A stretch of 63,810 nt of DNA, filler included, from Craspedostauros australis (GCA_030167865.1; 11 parts of 11 records of this genome joined end to end with filler, not necessarily neighbours in it); one strand, 5' to 3'. Shown: positions 44,269 through 57,186, numbered from the whole stretch's first letter. Numbers and translations: made by a program. The notes: generated by a model from the letters alone, not told the origin.

Positions 44269-45915
44269 GCTGTCTTCTTCATTGCTGGACTGTGCCTCGA
44301 GGGCCAGCTTCATCTTGGCATAATATCGCTGCCACGAGAGGACACTGCAGAGAATCGCAGCTGATTTTCCCGTTCCCGTCGGGCTCTCCAGCACCACGTG
44401 TCTTCTGTTCTTCAGCGCTCGGAGTATGTGGATCGCGATCTGTCGCTGTGGTTTCTGGACGATGGGGTAAGGCCAACCAATTTTGATGCCCTCAACAAAG
44501 AAGGAACTGTGCAGCTGCACGGCTTGAATGTCGCCTTCCATTGGAGAAGTGTACGCACGCACGCGTGCCACTCTGGCATGCAGCGCTGCTTGCCTCTCTT
44601 TTGGTTGTTCTGATGAATCGGTTGCTGATTCCTCATGTTGATTCCGTATCCTGCTCTGTGCTTTCGAATGCGTGACTTTTGTTGTTGCTTGTTGCGACAA
44701 CGACAATTCTCGCTGCTTTGGCGTTTGTAGTTTCTGCCTCCTTCGTCGATCGTCGCGTACGGCGAGCCTGAGATCCGCAGCGAAGAGATCGCTGATCGAC
44801 TTGATTTGCCTTCCCACTTCCCGATGACGGCTGTGTGTCCAGATTGATTCCAGTTTATTTTCATCATGTGTGTTGAGAACGGGGTCGAGAACGGCGCTGG
44901 CGTTGCTGTTTGGTCCACGATGCTGTGGCGGCACCGTTTGATCCGCCTTCGTTGTGTGTGGCGTGTTATCGTCACTGCTGCTGTCAGAGAGCATTCCGCC
45001 GCAATCATCGATGCTGGATTCGTCGGAACTGTCCATCTGCGCCAGCTTGTGAAGCGCTCTTGCTGATTCGAACAGCTCGCTCGCGTGCTGCGTGCTCCCC
45101 GTGTCATTGCTGCAGTCACTATCATCGTCATCGTCGTCAACATCGTCGTCATCCCTCATTGCGTCACGAGAAGAATTGCTCGACTCAGCACCGGAGAGAG
45201 GTGGGTTCACGGTGCAGTGATTCCTCCACTGGTTGCAACTCTTTGCGGGCTTCTCGCACACTACACAAAAGCATTTGACGCAGAAGAGATGAAGCGGTTT
45301 GCCTGTATGAGCTATGCAATTCTCGCGGTGATGCCAGCATCCGATGGAATTCGCGTTCATTGGGCTGATAAGGGCGATTGATGCAGGAGGGCGGCGAGAC
45401 GCTGATGAATGACCATTGGGAAGGCTGCGTTTGCCAGATGGAACTCTTTGCGTGGGTTGTGTGTCAAATGCCAGCCGCCGTGTTGGCGTCTGTGATGTTG
45501 TGGAAGGTGTACCCTCCCTCCAGTCCACTGCGATGGGTGTGCTCTGGATAATCGAAGCGACAACATTTGGCGCTGTTGCCGCCGGTGTTACCACAGTTGC
45601 CGCCATCACAGTCCTGCTTGCTGCGTTGTTCGCGACCTGTTGCCTGCTTTTCTGAAGCAAAGGCTGAGCCGGAAGGTCAGTTGTTGCTGACATTGCTTCA
45701 TCCTCGTCTTCTGCTTTCACACGAACAGGTGAGGCAGCCACATCTGCGGTCTTTCTCTTCTTCGGAGTCCAGTAGTATGACTGACTGTTGCTACTGCTGC
45801 TGCTGTCGGTACTCTCTTTTGTGTTGTCACTGCTCGCCTTATTTCCTCCGTCATCGTCGTCGTCGTTGTCGCCTTCGACATTGTGTCTCTGTTTTAGCAA
45901 ACGCCGGCTTGACAT
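40007..45915 (-). CDS. XPD-family Fe-S DEAH helicase, FANCJ/RTEL1-like (3 exons: 45915..44006, 43659..42235, 42014..40007)
   Basis: Motif I LESPTGTGKS, Ia SRTHSQ, Fe-S Cys (MCIN, NRMC, PCSHY, CPYY), II DEAHN, III LASGSL, V GKMSEGISF, VI QALGRCIRH. Phase-2 GT-AG introns 44005..43660 and 42234..42015 join the three ORFs in frame. Confidence 0.9.
44215..44268. repeat. (GTT)18 microsatellite encoding poly-Asn in the helicase
   Basis: Perfect trinucleotide run, in frame between motifs I and Ia. Confidence 0.95.
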
Positions 45916-46867
45916 ATCGTCGATTGCCTCTGTGTTATCACTCGTACGTGCAGAGATACAGCCTTCCTGCCCTGATCTTTCCAGATGACGAACACGAGCG
46001 CGCGTGTTCTGTGGCGCGTTGTTTGTCTCCAGAGACCCCAAAGTTGACACTCACACGTGGTGGGCGAACAAAAGAAATCCACGTCAACCGTTCACAGACC
46101 AACCCGCGAGGCAAAGAACAAACAGGCGGTTCGCCTCTCCATGCGTCTCTCGTCGTCCCCAGTTCTTCCTCTTTGTGTCGTTTCGCTTTGTGAGATGGCC
46201 CAGTCGGATGCAAGTAATACGCGCAGTTGCCGCAATTCGTCTCCAGTTGTGAGGGAGGAATGAAGTTTGTGATGAATTCTCACAACAGGGAGAGAGAGAG
46301 AGAACTTCGTGCACAAACAACGGCAGAACACGCGGCTCGGCACTTCCTCTGGGGAACACGGTAATTTGTCCACTCACGACTCCATGAGCTCGTGATTGAG
46401 CTGAATCGAGTCGTGCTTTATGACGTAGTTCCCGTCAAGCGCTGAAGTTGCGCGCCGGGCGTGCCTGATCCCCGCTCTCGCCCGATCCTCAATCTCGTGC
46501 TTGGTTAGTTGTGAGGTTCGCTTGTGCAAACGAGTGTCATTTTCGTGTCGTTTGGCGGACGGGCGTGATGCCGAAAACAAGTTTCAGAGTACTGCGACAT
46601 GTTACATTGTGTCAATTCGGACAAATGTGTTCTTCATTTTTGGACAAGTCGCGATTTCGTGTCGCATACACATAATATGCTAGCTATTTCGATTATGTTT
46701 GAAATGTCCTACCACCAATGAAAAATAGTGTGTAGAAATATACGTAGCACAAGTACCAAGTTTGGCTNNNNNNNNNNNNNNNNNNNNNNNNNNNNNNNNN
46801 NNNNNNNNNNNTTAATTAATTAANNNNNNNNNNNNNNNNNNNNNNNNNNNNNNNNNNNNNNNNNNNN

Positions 46868-49224
46868 CCTTTGGCGGTGGGGATCTTCGACACCAAGCCA
46901 ACGAACCTACCCATTCGTCCACTGCGAAGCTGCAGGTATCGTTGATGCAGACGGCTGGGACGTCGCTTGCTGCTGCTCGAGGTGCTCAACGTGTCAATCG
47001 CATCACTCGTTTCGGATTGGGTGAGCAAGGGCGAGTGGGCCGACAAGGGCTCTTCCATCAGATCCTGATCCTTGCACTTGTTGTTGTTGCTGCTGCTTCT
47101 GAGGGTGGGGATGCTGCTGTCCATCATCTTGAGGATCTTCGATCGCTGGACAGGTGGCGGCAATGGTGGCAGTGATGCTCTGGATCGCCTTGGCTTGGAT
47201 GGAGCGGTTGGGATGGGAGAGTTCGACCTCGACATCGACGTTGCGAGCATGGCTGATTCTGCCATCTTGGACACAGCAGACTGCTCGCTGATGTGGGTAT
47301 GGACCTGTTCAAGGAGGGTCTCTTGCTGGCTCAGCTCATCGGACAGATCGATGACGTTCGCATCATCAGCCGATGCGAATTCGGCAGCGAAGAAACGGTC
47401 GAAGGACTCAGAGCTGACCATGTTGAGGTCATCAAGTTCTTGGGTGTTTTGCGCAAACCCGTCATGTTGTTGTCGTTGTTGTTCTTGCTGCTGTGTCTGT
47501 GGTTGCTGTTTAACATCGGTGTTGTCGTCACCATCTTCATCGTCTTCATCGCTGTCATCCAGCAGAATGGGTTGTTCGAATGTTCCGCACTCGGTTACGT
47601 CGTTGGTTGTGATGATGATGTTGGTGGTGGTGGTGCTTTCGCTATTGGGGGCGGTGATGGAGGTACTGTTGGTGTTGACGTTGACTTCGTCGTCCTTGTT
47701 TGGGACGGAGTGACGGCTGATCTCATGCGTCTCTCCTTGATCTCCTCCCGACACGACGAGGGAATTCAACACCGCACGATTCTGGTTGCGATTGTGGCCG
47801 TCCACATCATCGTCCACATCATCGTGCTTGACAGGAGTACCATCACCATCACCATCTCCGTCAATGTTCTGACTCTCACTGTCATATCTGTTGTTGTTGT
47901 TGGTGGTGGTGGTGGCGTTGTTGTCATTGTTTCTGCTGCTGTTGTTGGGACTGCTGTTGGGGGTGGGAACATCTGTGGTCTCGTTCGCGGTGGTTGGTGT
48001 GGCTTGGATCCCATGATCGAAGGGAGTGTCGTTGTGATCCATTGTGTTTTTTGTTTGCGCCTCTTCTGTTGCTGTTGCTGTAGTAGTTGCTGTTGCTGTC
48101 GCTACTGGTGGCGGCGATGGAGGGACATCGTCAGAATCGGTGTCTGTCGATTGGTCGAAGGTGGTGGGGAAGGCATGGAAGAAGTTGGGTCCGTTCTCGA
48201 TGGAGTTGAACGATTGCTCCGTATCCATGCCCGTGTTTGTGATTGTGTTTGTGATGGTGTTCTTGTTTGTGTTGTTGGTCGTCTTCTCACCACTGGCCGC
48301 AATGCGTTCGTTTCCATCCTTTCCAGCATCTGCCGTCGATGGAGGCATGCCCATCCGCGGTGGTGGGTCATTGGAGTATCTATTCACAACAGCATGAGCC
48401 ATTGCGACGACATCTTTGCGACTGATCTTTGTCTTGGGTCTCGCGCTCACGCTTTCACTCACACCCTCATCTGAGTGAAGATTGGTGCGAGGGTCAGGCT
48501 TTGAGTTCGAGTTCGAGCTTGGGCCCGAGCTGACAGCTGCACGCTTTGCATCGATCCTTCTGCATCCTCGAGGTGCGTGCTTGTCCACCAGCTTGTTGGT
48601 CTCTTCTTGCCAAAGCTGCTCTGCGGCTGCATCGACCTCCTTCTTCTGCATCATCTCCATCATCTCTATCTCATCCATGGGATGCTCGCTCTCCTCATCC
48701 TCATCCTCGGCGTCTCCCGTGGACGGGGAGTCGTCTTGGTCGACGCGTTCATTCTCGAGCTCTGACTTGATGGTGTCAGCGATGCTGTTCACGGCCGCTT
48801 GGGACATCTTCTCCAGCTCTGTGTCCATCCCGGGGAGACACACAAGGGAGTCATCGTCATCATCGTCATCGTTGTGGCCATCACTGTGGTTGTATGTAGC
48901 ACCGTGGTCGATATTGTCGATGACACCGTCATCACCGATGTTCACGTCATCGTACTTCATGACATTTGACACGACGTTTTGATGGAAGGTGACGTTGAGT
49001 GGAGGACGGATGGATCCTCTGGATGTCCTGCTGTTGGATCTTGGTCTGAGTGAGGACTTGGACGATGATCTTGTCATTGGTCTCGATCTGGATGTTGACG
49101 TTGCTCTTGATGGTGTTGATGGTGTTGAAGCTGTTGATGGTGTTGAAGCTGTTGATGCTGTTGGTGGTGTTGCAGATGTTGAGTCATGCATGGTTGCACG
49201 CGAGGAGGAGAAGGAGTTGTGACG
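46868..49224 (-). CDS. Redundant/allelic internal fragment of the large disordered protein gene
   Basis: Open across the whole contig; matches the copy starting at 49325 except in the STA/STP repeat region. Confidence 0.7.
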
Positions 49225-49324
49225 NNNNNNNNNNNNNNNNNNNNNNNNNNNNNNNNNNNNNNNNNNNNTTAATTAATTAANNNNNNNNNNNNNNNNNNNN
49301 NNNNNNNNNNNNNNNNNNNNNNNN

Positions 49325-52300
49325 CCTTTGGCGGTGGGGATCTTCGACACCAAGCCAACGAACCTACCCATTCGTCCACTGCGAAGCTGCAGGTATCGTT
49401 GATGCAGACGGCTGGGACGTCGCTTGCTGCTGCTCGAGGTGCTCAACGTGTCAATCGCATCACTCGTTTCGGATTGGGTGAGCAAGGGCGAGTGGGCCGA
49501 CAAGGGCTCTTCCATCAGATCCTGATCCTTGCACTTGTTGTTGTTGCTGCTGCTTCTGAGGGTGGGGATGCTGCTGTCCATCATCTTGAGGATCTTCGAT
49601 CGCTGGACAGGTGGCGGCAATGGTGGCAGTGATGCTCTGGATCGCCTTGGCTTGGATGGAGCGGTTGGGATGGGAGAGTTCGACCTCGACATCGACGTTG
49701 CGAGCATGGCTGATTCTGCCATCTTGGACACAGCAGACTGCTCGCTGATGTGGGTATGGACCTGTTCAAGGAGGGTCTCTTGCTGGCTCAGCTCATCGGA
49801 CAGATCGATGACGTTCGCATCATCAGCCGATGCGAATTCGGCAGCGAAGAAACGGTCGAAGGACTCAGAGCTGACCATGTTGAGGTCATCAAGTTCTTGG
49901 GTGTTTTGCGCAAACCCGTCATGTTGTTGTCGTTGTTGTTCTTGCTGCTGTGTCTGTGGTTGCTGTTTAACATCGGTGTTGTCGTCACCATCTTCATCGT
50001 CTTCATCGCTGTCATCCAGCAGAATGGGTTGTTCGAATGTTCCGCACTCGGTTACGTCGTTGGTTGTGATGATGATGTTGGTGGTGGTGGTGCTTTCGCT
50101 ATTGGGGGCGGTGATGGAGGTACTGTTGGTGTTGACGTTGACTTCGTCGTCCTTGTTTGGGACGGAGTGACGGCTGATCTCATGCGTCTCTCCTTGATCT
50201 CCTCCCGACACGACGAGGGAATTCAACACCGCACGATTCTGGTTGCGATTGTGGCCGTCCACATCATCGTCCACATCATCGTGCTTGACAGGAGTACCAT
50301 CACCATCACCATCTCCGTCAATGTTCTGACTCTCACTGTCATATCTGTTGTTGTTGTTGGTGGTGGTGGTGGCGTTGTTGTCATTGTTTCTGCTGCTGTT
50401 GTTGGGACTGCTGTTGGGGGTGGGAACATCTGTGGTCTCGTTCGCGGTGGTTGGTGTGGCTTGGATCCCATGATCGAAGGGAGTGTCGTTGTGATCCATT
50501 GTGTTTTTTGTTTGCGCCTCTTCTGTTGCTGTTGCTGTAGTAGTTGCTGTTGCTGTCGCTACTGGTGGCGGCGATGGAGGGACATCGTCAGAATCGGTGT
50601 CTGTCGATTGGTCGAAGGTGGTGGGGAAGGCATGGAAGAAGTTGGGTCCGTTCTCGATGGAGTTGAACGATTGCTCCGTATCCATGCCCGTGTTTGTGAT
50701 TGTGTTTGTGATGGTGTTCTTGTTTGTGTTGTTGGTCGTCTTCTCACCACTGGCCGCAATGCGTTCGTTTCCATCCTTTCCAGCATCTGCCGTCGATGGA
50801 GGCATGCCCATCCGCGGTGGTGGGTCATTGGAGTATCTATTCACAACAGCATGAGCCATTGCGACGACATCTTTGCGACTGATCTTTGTCTTGGGTCTCG
50901 CGCTCACGCTTTCACTCACACCCTCATCTGAGTGAAGATTGGTGCGAGGGTCAGGCTTTGAGTTCGAGTTCGAGCTTGGGCCCGAGCTGACAGCTGCACG
51001 CTTTGCATCGATCCTTCTGCATCCTCGAGGTGCGTGCTTGTCCACCAGCTTGTTGGTCTCTTCTTGCCAAAGCTGCTCTGCGGCTGCATCGACCTCCTTC
51101 TTCTGCATCATCTCCATCATCTCTATCTCATCCATGGGATGCTCGCTCTCCTCATCCTCATCCTCGGCGTCTCCCGTGGACGGGGAGTCGTCTTGGTCGA
51201 CGCGTTCATTCTCGAGCTCTGACTTGATGGTGTCAGCGATGCTGTTCACGGCCGCTTGGGACATCTTCTCCAGCTCTGTGTCCATCCCGGGGAGACACAC
51301 AAGGGAGTCATCGTCATCATCGTCATCGTTGTGGCCATCACTGTGGTTGTATGTAGCACCGTGGTCGATATTGTCGATGACACCGTCATCACCGATGTTC
51401 ACGTCATCGTACTTCATGACATTTGACACGACGTTTTGATGGAAGGTGACGTTGAGTGGAGGACGGATGGATCCTCTGGATGTCCTGCTGTTGGATCTTG
51501 GTCTGAGTGAGGACTTGGACGATGATCTTGTGATTGGTCTTGATCTGGATGTTGACCTTGCTGTTGAAGCTGTTGATGCTGTTGGTGGTGTTGCAGATGT
51601 TGAGTCATGCATGGTTGCACGCGAGGAGGAGAAGGAGTTGTGACGAGACACGGAGCGGGTGATGCTTCCGTTGGATGATCTGCCGGTTGATGGTTGGTCA
51701 TCACGCTCCGAATCACGTTGATTGCGCTCTTGCTGTTGCTTCTGTTGTTCTTGTTGTTTGCGTTCACGTTGGCGGCGCTTGCTTTCGTATGCATCGAAGC
51801 TGGCGTATTCTCTCTCATTCGATCTGCTTGTGTTGTTGTTGTTGCTGGTATTGTCTTCTTTGACATTGGTTGGGTCTTTCTCGTTGACGTGACCTGTGTT
51901 GCCCGTCCTTGCCATCAATCCATCGATGCTCTCATGTTGATCAGCGCTGAAGTGGCTGTCGAGGACAACTGTGCTTGTGCTGTTTGTGTTGGTGCTGTTT
52001 GTGTTGATGTTATCGCGAATGACCGTTTCACATGATGGATTGGGGTCAAGATCGAGACCATCCTCACTGCTGTCGGTGCTGTCGGTGCTATCGACGCTGT
52101 CAATGCTGGAAGCTCTGTCAGTGATGTCAGTGCTGTCGACGCTGTCAGTGGTATTGACGCTGTCAGTGGTGTTGACGCTGTCAGTGGTGTTGACGCTTTC
52201 AAGGCTGTTGGTGGCAAGGTCGCTATCGCCTTCATCCGACGGTTGGCTGGTTTCGGCAGTATCGACGCTGCTGGAATCGTTGATGGATTCGAAGTTCCTG

Positions 52301-52770
52301 AGTGCGTTCTTGCTTCTGGTTCTGCTGTTGCTTCTGGTCCTGATTCTGCCGTTGGTGCGGCTGCCGCTTCTGGACCTGCTGCCACTCCTGCTTCTGCTCT
52401 TGCTGCATCTCAGCCGTCGCTGGCGACGTTCTTGCTTTCGTTCTTTCTGTATCTGCTGACGGCGAGATCGAGACAGACGTCCGGTTCTGGTGTTGCGGGG
52501 ACCGGTGTCATCATCATAGTACGAATCGTAGTCTGTGTCGTACGGCAGCTCCTTGGTGACGACGGGATCGGTGACATCATCGACGAAGCATGCATTGAGC
52601 GCGCATGGATCATTATCGAGGTAGTCGTCGAGGAGGCATGCCCACAGTGTGTCGCACAAGTTTTGTTCGTTGTATGGATCGGTGATGCTGGTGTTGTGTT
52701 TGAGAGTGTGTGATGAAGATCCGTCGTTGACTCCGACCTCCGACTCGGATGCTGATACCATCAACGTCAT
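49325..52770 (-). CDS. Large disordered protein (RS-rich, TDSVN repeats, acidic), 5' part; about 1180 aa when joined to the 3' end at 31099
   Basis: ATG in CACCATG context at 52770; over 1140 open codons to the contig end. Confidence 0.72.
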
Positions 52771-52874
52771 GGTGNNNNNNNNNNNNNNNNNNNNNNNNNN
52801 NNNNNNNNNNNNNNNNNNTTAATTAATTAANNNNNNNNNNNNNNNNNNNNNNNNNNNNNNNNNNNNNNNNNNNN

Positions 52875-54632
52875 ATTCAGGTTCTGCTCTTCGGTGTCCT
52901 CGCCATCTCCCTCAAGAAGGTCGCTCCGTCCGCCCACACCGTCGCCGAGATCGTCAACGCACGATGGGGACGTTCTGCGCACAAGACCTTCCTCTGCTTC
53001 TGCTTCGCCGCCAACATCATCGTCACCTCCATGCTCTTGCTCGGTGGTGCCGCCACCGTCGAGGCCCTCACAGGAATGGACTACAGGCTGGCATCCTTCC
53101 TCATCCCATGGGGTGTCATCCTCTACACCGCCTCCGGTGGTCTCCAGGCAACATTCCTGGCCAGTTACATCCACACCGTCATCATCTTCGCCGTCCTCAT
53201 CATCATGATCTTCATCGTGTACATCAAGGTGTACTCCAGCGATGTCATCTACGCCTTCCTCGACAAGACCATCTCGTACACCGAGGAGGAGTGCAAGATC
53301 ATCTTCTCTTCCAACAACACAGTTGAGGGAACCTTCTTCGAGGCCGGAACCTACGCCTGCGGCGAGGTCAGCGGAAACCGCGACGGATCCTACCTCACCA
53401 TGCTCTCCAGCGACGGCCTCATGTTCGGAATCATCAACATCGTGGGTAACTTCGGAACCGTCTTCGTCGACCAGTCCTACTGGCAATCCGCCATCGCCGC
53501 GCGCCCATCCTCTGCCGCTCGCGGATACCTGCTCGGAGGTATCTGCTGGTTCGCCATCCCATTCTCCCTCGCCACCTCTTTGGGACTCGCCTCCACCGCT
53601 CTGCAGCTCCCAATCACAGCCGATGAGGCTGGATCTGGACTTGTTCCACCCGCCGTTGCCACGGAATTGCTCGGAGATGCCGGTGCCGTCCTCATCCTCG
53701 TCATGCTCTTCATGGCCATCGTGTCCACGGGATCCGCAGAATCTATCGCCGTGTCCTCCCTCGTCGCCTACGACATCTATCGCGAGTACCTCAACCCAGA
53801 CGCCACCGGAGAGCAGATCCTCTTCGTCTCGCGCTGCGTCGTCGTCGGATTCGGGCTGGTGATGGGAGCCCTGTCCATCCTCCTCTTCGAACTCGGACTC
53901 AACCTCGGATGGGTCTACCTCTTCATGGGAGTCGTCATCGGGTCCGCCGTCGTGCCGCTCTGGAACATGATGACTTGGAAGAAGGCATCCGGAACCGGCG
54001 CGTGCGTGGCTGCATGGACCGGGCTTCTCCTCGCGATCGTCGGTTGGCTGGTGGCTGCCCAAGCCCAATCGGGAGAGATCACCGTCGACAGCCTCGGTAC
54101 CAACGAGGTCATGCTTTCCGGAAACCTCATCGCCATCTGTTCCAGCGGCATCATCCACTTCGTTTACTCGACGGTCGTCGATCCGCAGGACTATGACTTT
54201 GCTGAGCTCGACAAGCACATCACCCTCGTCGAGGACGACCAGCGTGGACTGACCGCGGAAGAGCAGGACCCAGAGCTGCTGGCCGAGGCCGAGCAGTGGA
54301 TCACGCGCCGCGGATACGCCCTCACCTTTCTTCTCATCTTCGTGTGGCCGCTTCTCAGCATCCCCGCCGGAGTCTTCTCCGAGTCCTACTTCGCCTTCTG
54401 GGTGCTCGTCGCCATCGCTTGGGGTTTCGGTGCCGCCTTGGTCATCACCATCCTGCCGTTGGTGGAGTCCGCCGATGACATCACCCGCGTGCTCGGTGGT
54501 ATGATGGGCATGAAGCCAGAGGAAGAACCAGAGACGGAGGAGCCACAGGCCCCCGCCAAGGAGCTCTCATCCGACGAAGACGAAAGTAATGAGAAGGTCG
54601 AGCCATCTGCATCTGCCGAGGTCGAGGCCTAA
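52875..54632 (+). CDS. DUR3: Urea active transporter (SSS family), 5'-partial
   Basis: Open from the contig edge (IQVLLFGVLAISLKKVAPSAHT...); DUR3 signatures NIIVTSMLLLGG, GSYLTMLS, GIINIVGNFGTVFVDQSYWQSAIAA, GYLLGGICWFAIPFSLAT. Confidence 0.92.
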   Translation: MQVLLFGVLAISLKKVAPSAHTVAEIVNARWGRSAHKTFLCFCFAANIIVTSMLLLGGAATVEALTGMDYRLASFLIPWGVILYTASGGLQATFLASYIHTVIIFAVLIIMIFIVYIKVYSSDVIYAFLDKTISYTEEECKIIFSSNNTVEGTFFEAGTYACGEVSGNRDGSYLTMLSSDGLMFGIINIVGNFGTVFVDQSYWQSAIAARPSSAARGYLLGGICWFAIPFSLATSLGLASTALQLPITADEAGSGLVPPAVATELLGDAGAVLILVMLFMAIVSTGSAESIAVSSLVAYDIYREYLNPDATGEQILFVSRCVVVGFGLVMGALSILLFELGLNLGWVYLFMGVVIGSAVVPLWNMMTWKKASGTGACVAAWTGLLLAIVGWLVAAQAQSGEITVDSLGTNEVMLSGNLIAICSSGIIHFVYSTVVDPQDYDFAELDKHITLVEDDQRGLTAEEQDPELLAEAEQWITRRGYALTFLLIFVWPLLSIPAGVFSESYFAFWVLVAIAWGFGAALVITILPLVESADDITRVLGGMMGMKPEEEPETEEPQAPAKELSSDEDESNEKVEPSASAEVEA

Positions 54633-55202
54633 GGCACGATGCCTTCCACGCCCATCTTCCGCCGCGATCATGACATCCAATTTGAAGGGATGATGGTCCA
54701 TTTCATGGCATTTTGGATTGGTGTGGCCCTTCGCAAGCTTGTGTTGCGAGGAGGCCCACAATCGACTGCTTGAGAGCGCGGGAGACCCTTTTTCCATGTA
54801 CAACAAACCAATAATTATGAATAGTGAACCCGTAATGCCAACCATAGCTGGTGTAGTCGTAGATCGTATTGGACGTTATTGCAATTCTGGTATTGGAAGC
54901 GGTGCCTGTGGTATGTATTATACGACCATGTGTGCGGCATGTTGGTAGAGATTGTTCTATCGACGACTACACAGTTCAACCACCGCGACAGATAGTTGCC
55001 GAAAATCGTGTCCAAATCGGCAAACTGGACGGAAACAGAAACTCATGACCTCTCTTCCACCAACAACAACTGCAACACACCTCGCATGCTTTTCGTAACG
55101 ATAGAATACTAACAATCCTTCTGTCTATTGTATTTGGATGCTTCACGTTCACATCCGTTGCCATTCACATTCGCACATGCACACTGTATCGTGAATTCAC
55201 AC

Positions 55203-56309
55203 TCACGCCTTCACCGACACCATCGCCGTCCCACCAACGGGCCGCGCCACGAACGGCGACTGCGATGTCGGCACCGCCGCCGGACGAATCACCAACTTGC
55301 CCGACGGCCAAAATCCCAAATGCTGCAACGTCTGATGCAGCGCGTTGGTACCATCATCGGCATGCTGATCAGCGTGGCCGCGATCATTGCGATTGTCGGA
55401 CAAGTACAGGGGCTTGGCGTTGCGCTGATTCTTATCGAGCAGCTGCCACTGGCCGTTGAGGACGAGGTGCTCCCACGCCACGCTGGCCTGGCTCGCGACC
55501 CAATGCAGCACGTCCTGCAAGGTGTCGTCGCCGTCAAAGTTGCGCGTCAGATATTTGGTGGAACGGTTGGGCAGGGGATCCTCATCGACGCCGTCGAAGT
55601 AGACGAAGATGGGCGATCCCAACCCGCCATTGTGCGCGGACAGCGTCGGAACCTGCTGCAAGTGACTGGCACGGGCCGCACGTTCCTGTGGCGACGTCGC
55701 ATCGGAAAATATGGTGCGGATCTCTTTCGCGAATTGCAGCGAACGCTTGGCCTCGCGGTAGACTCTGGATTCCATCTGGCACTGTCCCAACGCCAGCGTG
55801 CCCATGTACATGGTGGCGGCGTCGTAGAACTGCAGCTGAAGGCTGTTGCGCTGTATCATCTGGTAGTTCATCGCCGTGAGAAAGTCCATGGCGCCCGGTG
55901 TGGCGACGAGCTTTTGGACGGCGGGCAGAGAACAGTCGATGGTCCAGTACTTGCGGTCCTTGGGATTCTGCCGCACGCGCTGGATGGTCTTGTAGAGCGT
56001 ATCGACGGCGTTGGGGTGCTTCTCCAGGCGGTTCGTGCAGCGGAAGATGCGCTCCTGCTTGGACTTCTGCTGCATGGTCGGAGGGACTTGCACGGACGGG
56101 TGCGTTTGCTGCACTTTGGAGATGGACGCAGCGAGGTTGTTGCTGTGCGGTGCTGCTGATGGTGCATTGGAAGAGGAGGAAGCAGCAGACAGCAGATAAT
56201 CAGCAGCCCTCTGGACGTTGCCGCCGAAGCGATGCAGCGCCTGTCTGGCGGATGACTCTGCGAATCCCATTCCGACCAGTGAATTCACGGGTGCTGTCTG
56301 TGCAGCCAT
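55203..56309 (-). CDS. UBA-PUB-UBX domain protein (p97/CDC48 cofactor)
   Basis: UBA: LVGMGFAESSARQAL...NVQRAADYL; PUB: RQNPKDRKYWTI...PGAMDFLTAMNY; UBX-like: TRNFDGDDTLQDVLHWV...TLQHLGFWPSGKLVI. Confidence 0.8.
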   Translation of the reverse strand: MAAQTAPVNSLVGMGFAESSARQALHRFGGNVQRAADYLLSAASSSSNAPSAAPHSNNLAASISKVQQTHPSVQVPPTMQQKSKQERIFRCTNRLEKHPNAVDTLYKTIQRVRQNPKDRKYWTIDCSLPAVQKLVATPGAMDFLTAMNYQMIQRNSLQLQFYDAATMYMGTLALGQCQMESRVYREAKRSLQFAKEIRTIFSDATSPQERAARASHLQQVPTLSAHNGGLGSPIFVYFDGVDEDPLPNRSTKYLTRNFDGDDTLQDVLHWVASQASVAWEHLVLNGQWQLLDKNQRNAKPLYLSDNRNDRGHADQHADDGTNALHQTLQHLGFWPSGKLVIRPAAVPTSQSPFVARPVGGTAMVSVKA

Positions 56310-56761
56310 TTCGGTCTCTTTCTTATTTGTGTTGTTGCTGCTGCTGGTGGTGTTGCCTCTTCTTATTGGAGCGAAACCAGTCACGAGGACTCGGCTGAGT
56401 CACGAGCAGCAGCAAACGACAACAGCCACAGAAAAGGCACAGAAGGTGCAACGCAAAGAAAAGGAAAAAGAAACAAACCGGACACAATCCGCAAATCAAC
56501 ACACTAAGATACGACTTTATACCTACCACCGTCTCCGTTTCAATAGTTTATCAGGCTTTCCGCTCCGTCGCTTTTGCTTTGGACATACAACCCCGTCGCT
56601 TGGTACACAGCGCGACCCGTTGGCCGTTTTCCCGTTGAGCAGGTTTGCGTTGAGGGAGCGCGGCCGTGAGCGTCGACACAGCTGCCGGTTGAGGGTTTTC
56701 CATCGCATCCGTCGTCGGTTCACGGGGGGTTTCCTGGTGCTGCTGCTGAAAGCGAGCAAGG

Positions 56762-57186
56762 ATGAGCCGAGCGTCGGATGATGTGTCGCTGAGCGGGTTG
56801 CTGGATTCACCAATCCGGCTCCCAGCCGAACCACCTCCAGTCACCGTCGATGTGTTGGATTACCTCACAAAGACCCTTGGATTTTCTGAGGCGTTCGTGA
56901 CTCTCGTACCGCTCTTCGAACAGAGCGAACTGGATGAAGGACTCAACAAAGACCGCATCATGATCATGTTGCTCTTCCATGCTGGACGACCACTGACGTC
57001 CGTCCTCGCAGAACTCCACTACCCTGTGGCCACCATCGCACTACGCATGGATTTCAAACGACTGTTTGCACTCCACGAAGTCAACAAGGTCCGCAAGTTC
57101 CTGACGACAGACGATGGCGTAACTACCGTCAACTACACGCTACTGGATGCAACCGAGCTGCGCGCTGCAACCATGCAGTACGAGTA
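56762..57186 (+). CDS. Hypothetical protein, 3'-truncated at contig end
   Basis: ATG-started ORF with protein-like composition, open to the spacer. Confidence 0.4.

Noticed and set aside
46868..52770. Apparent tandem gene duplication
   Set aside because: Both copies start at the same base after a spacer and differ only in one repeat region; best explained as alleles.
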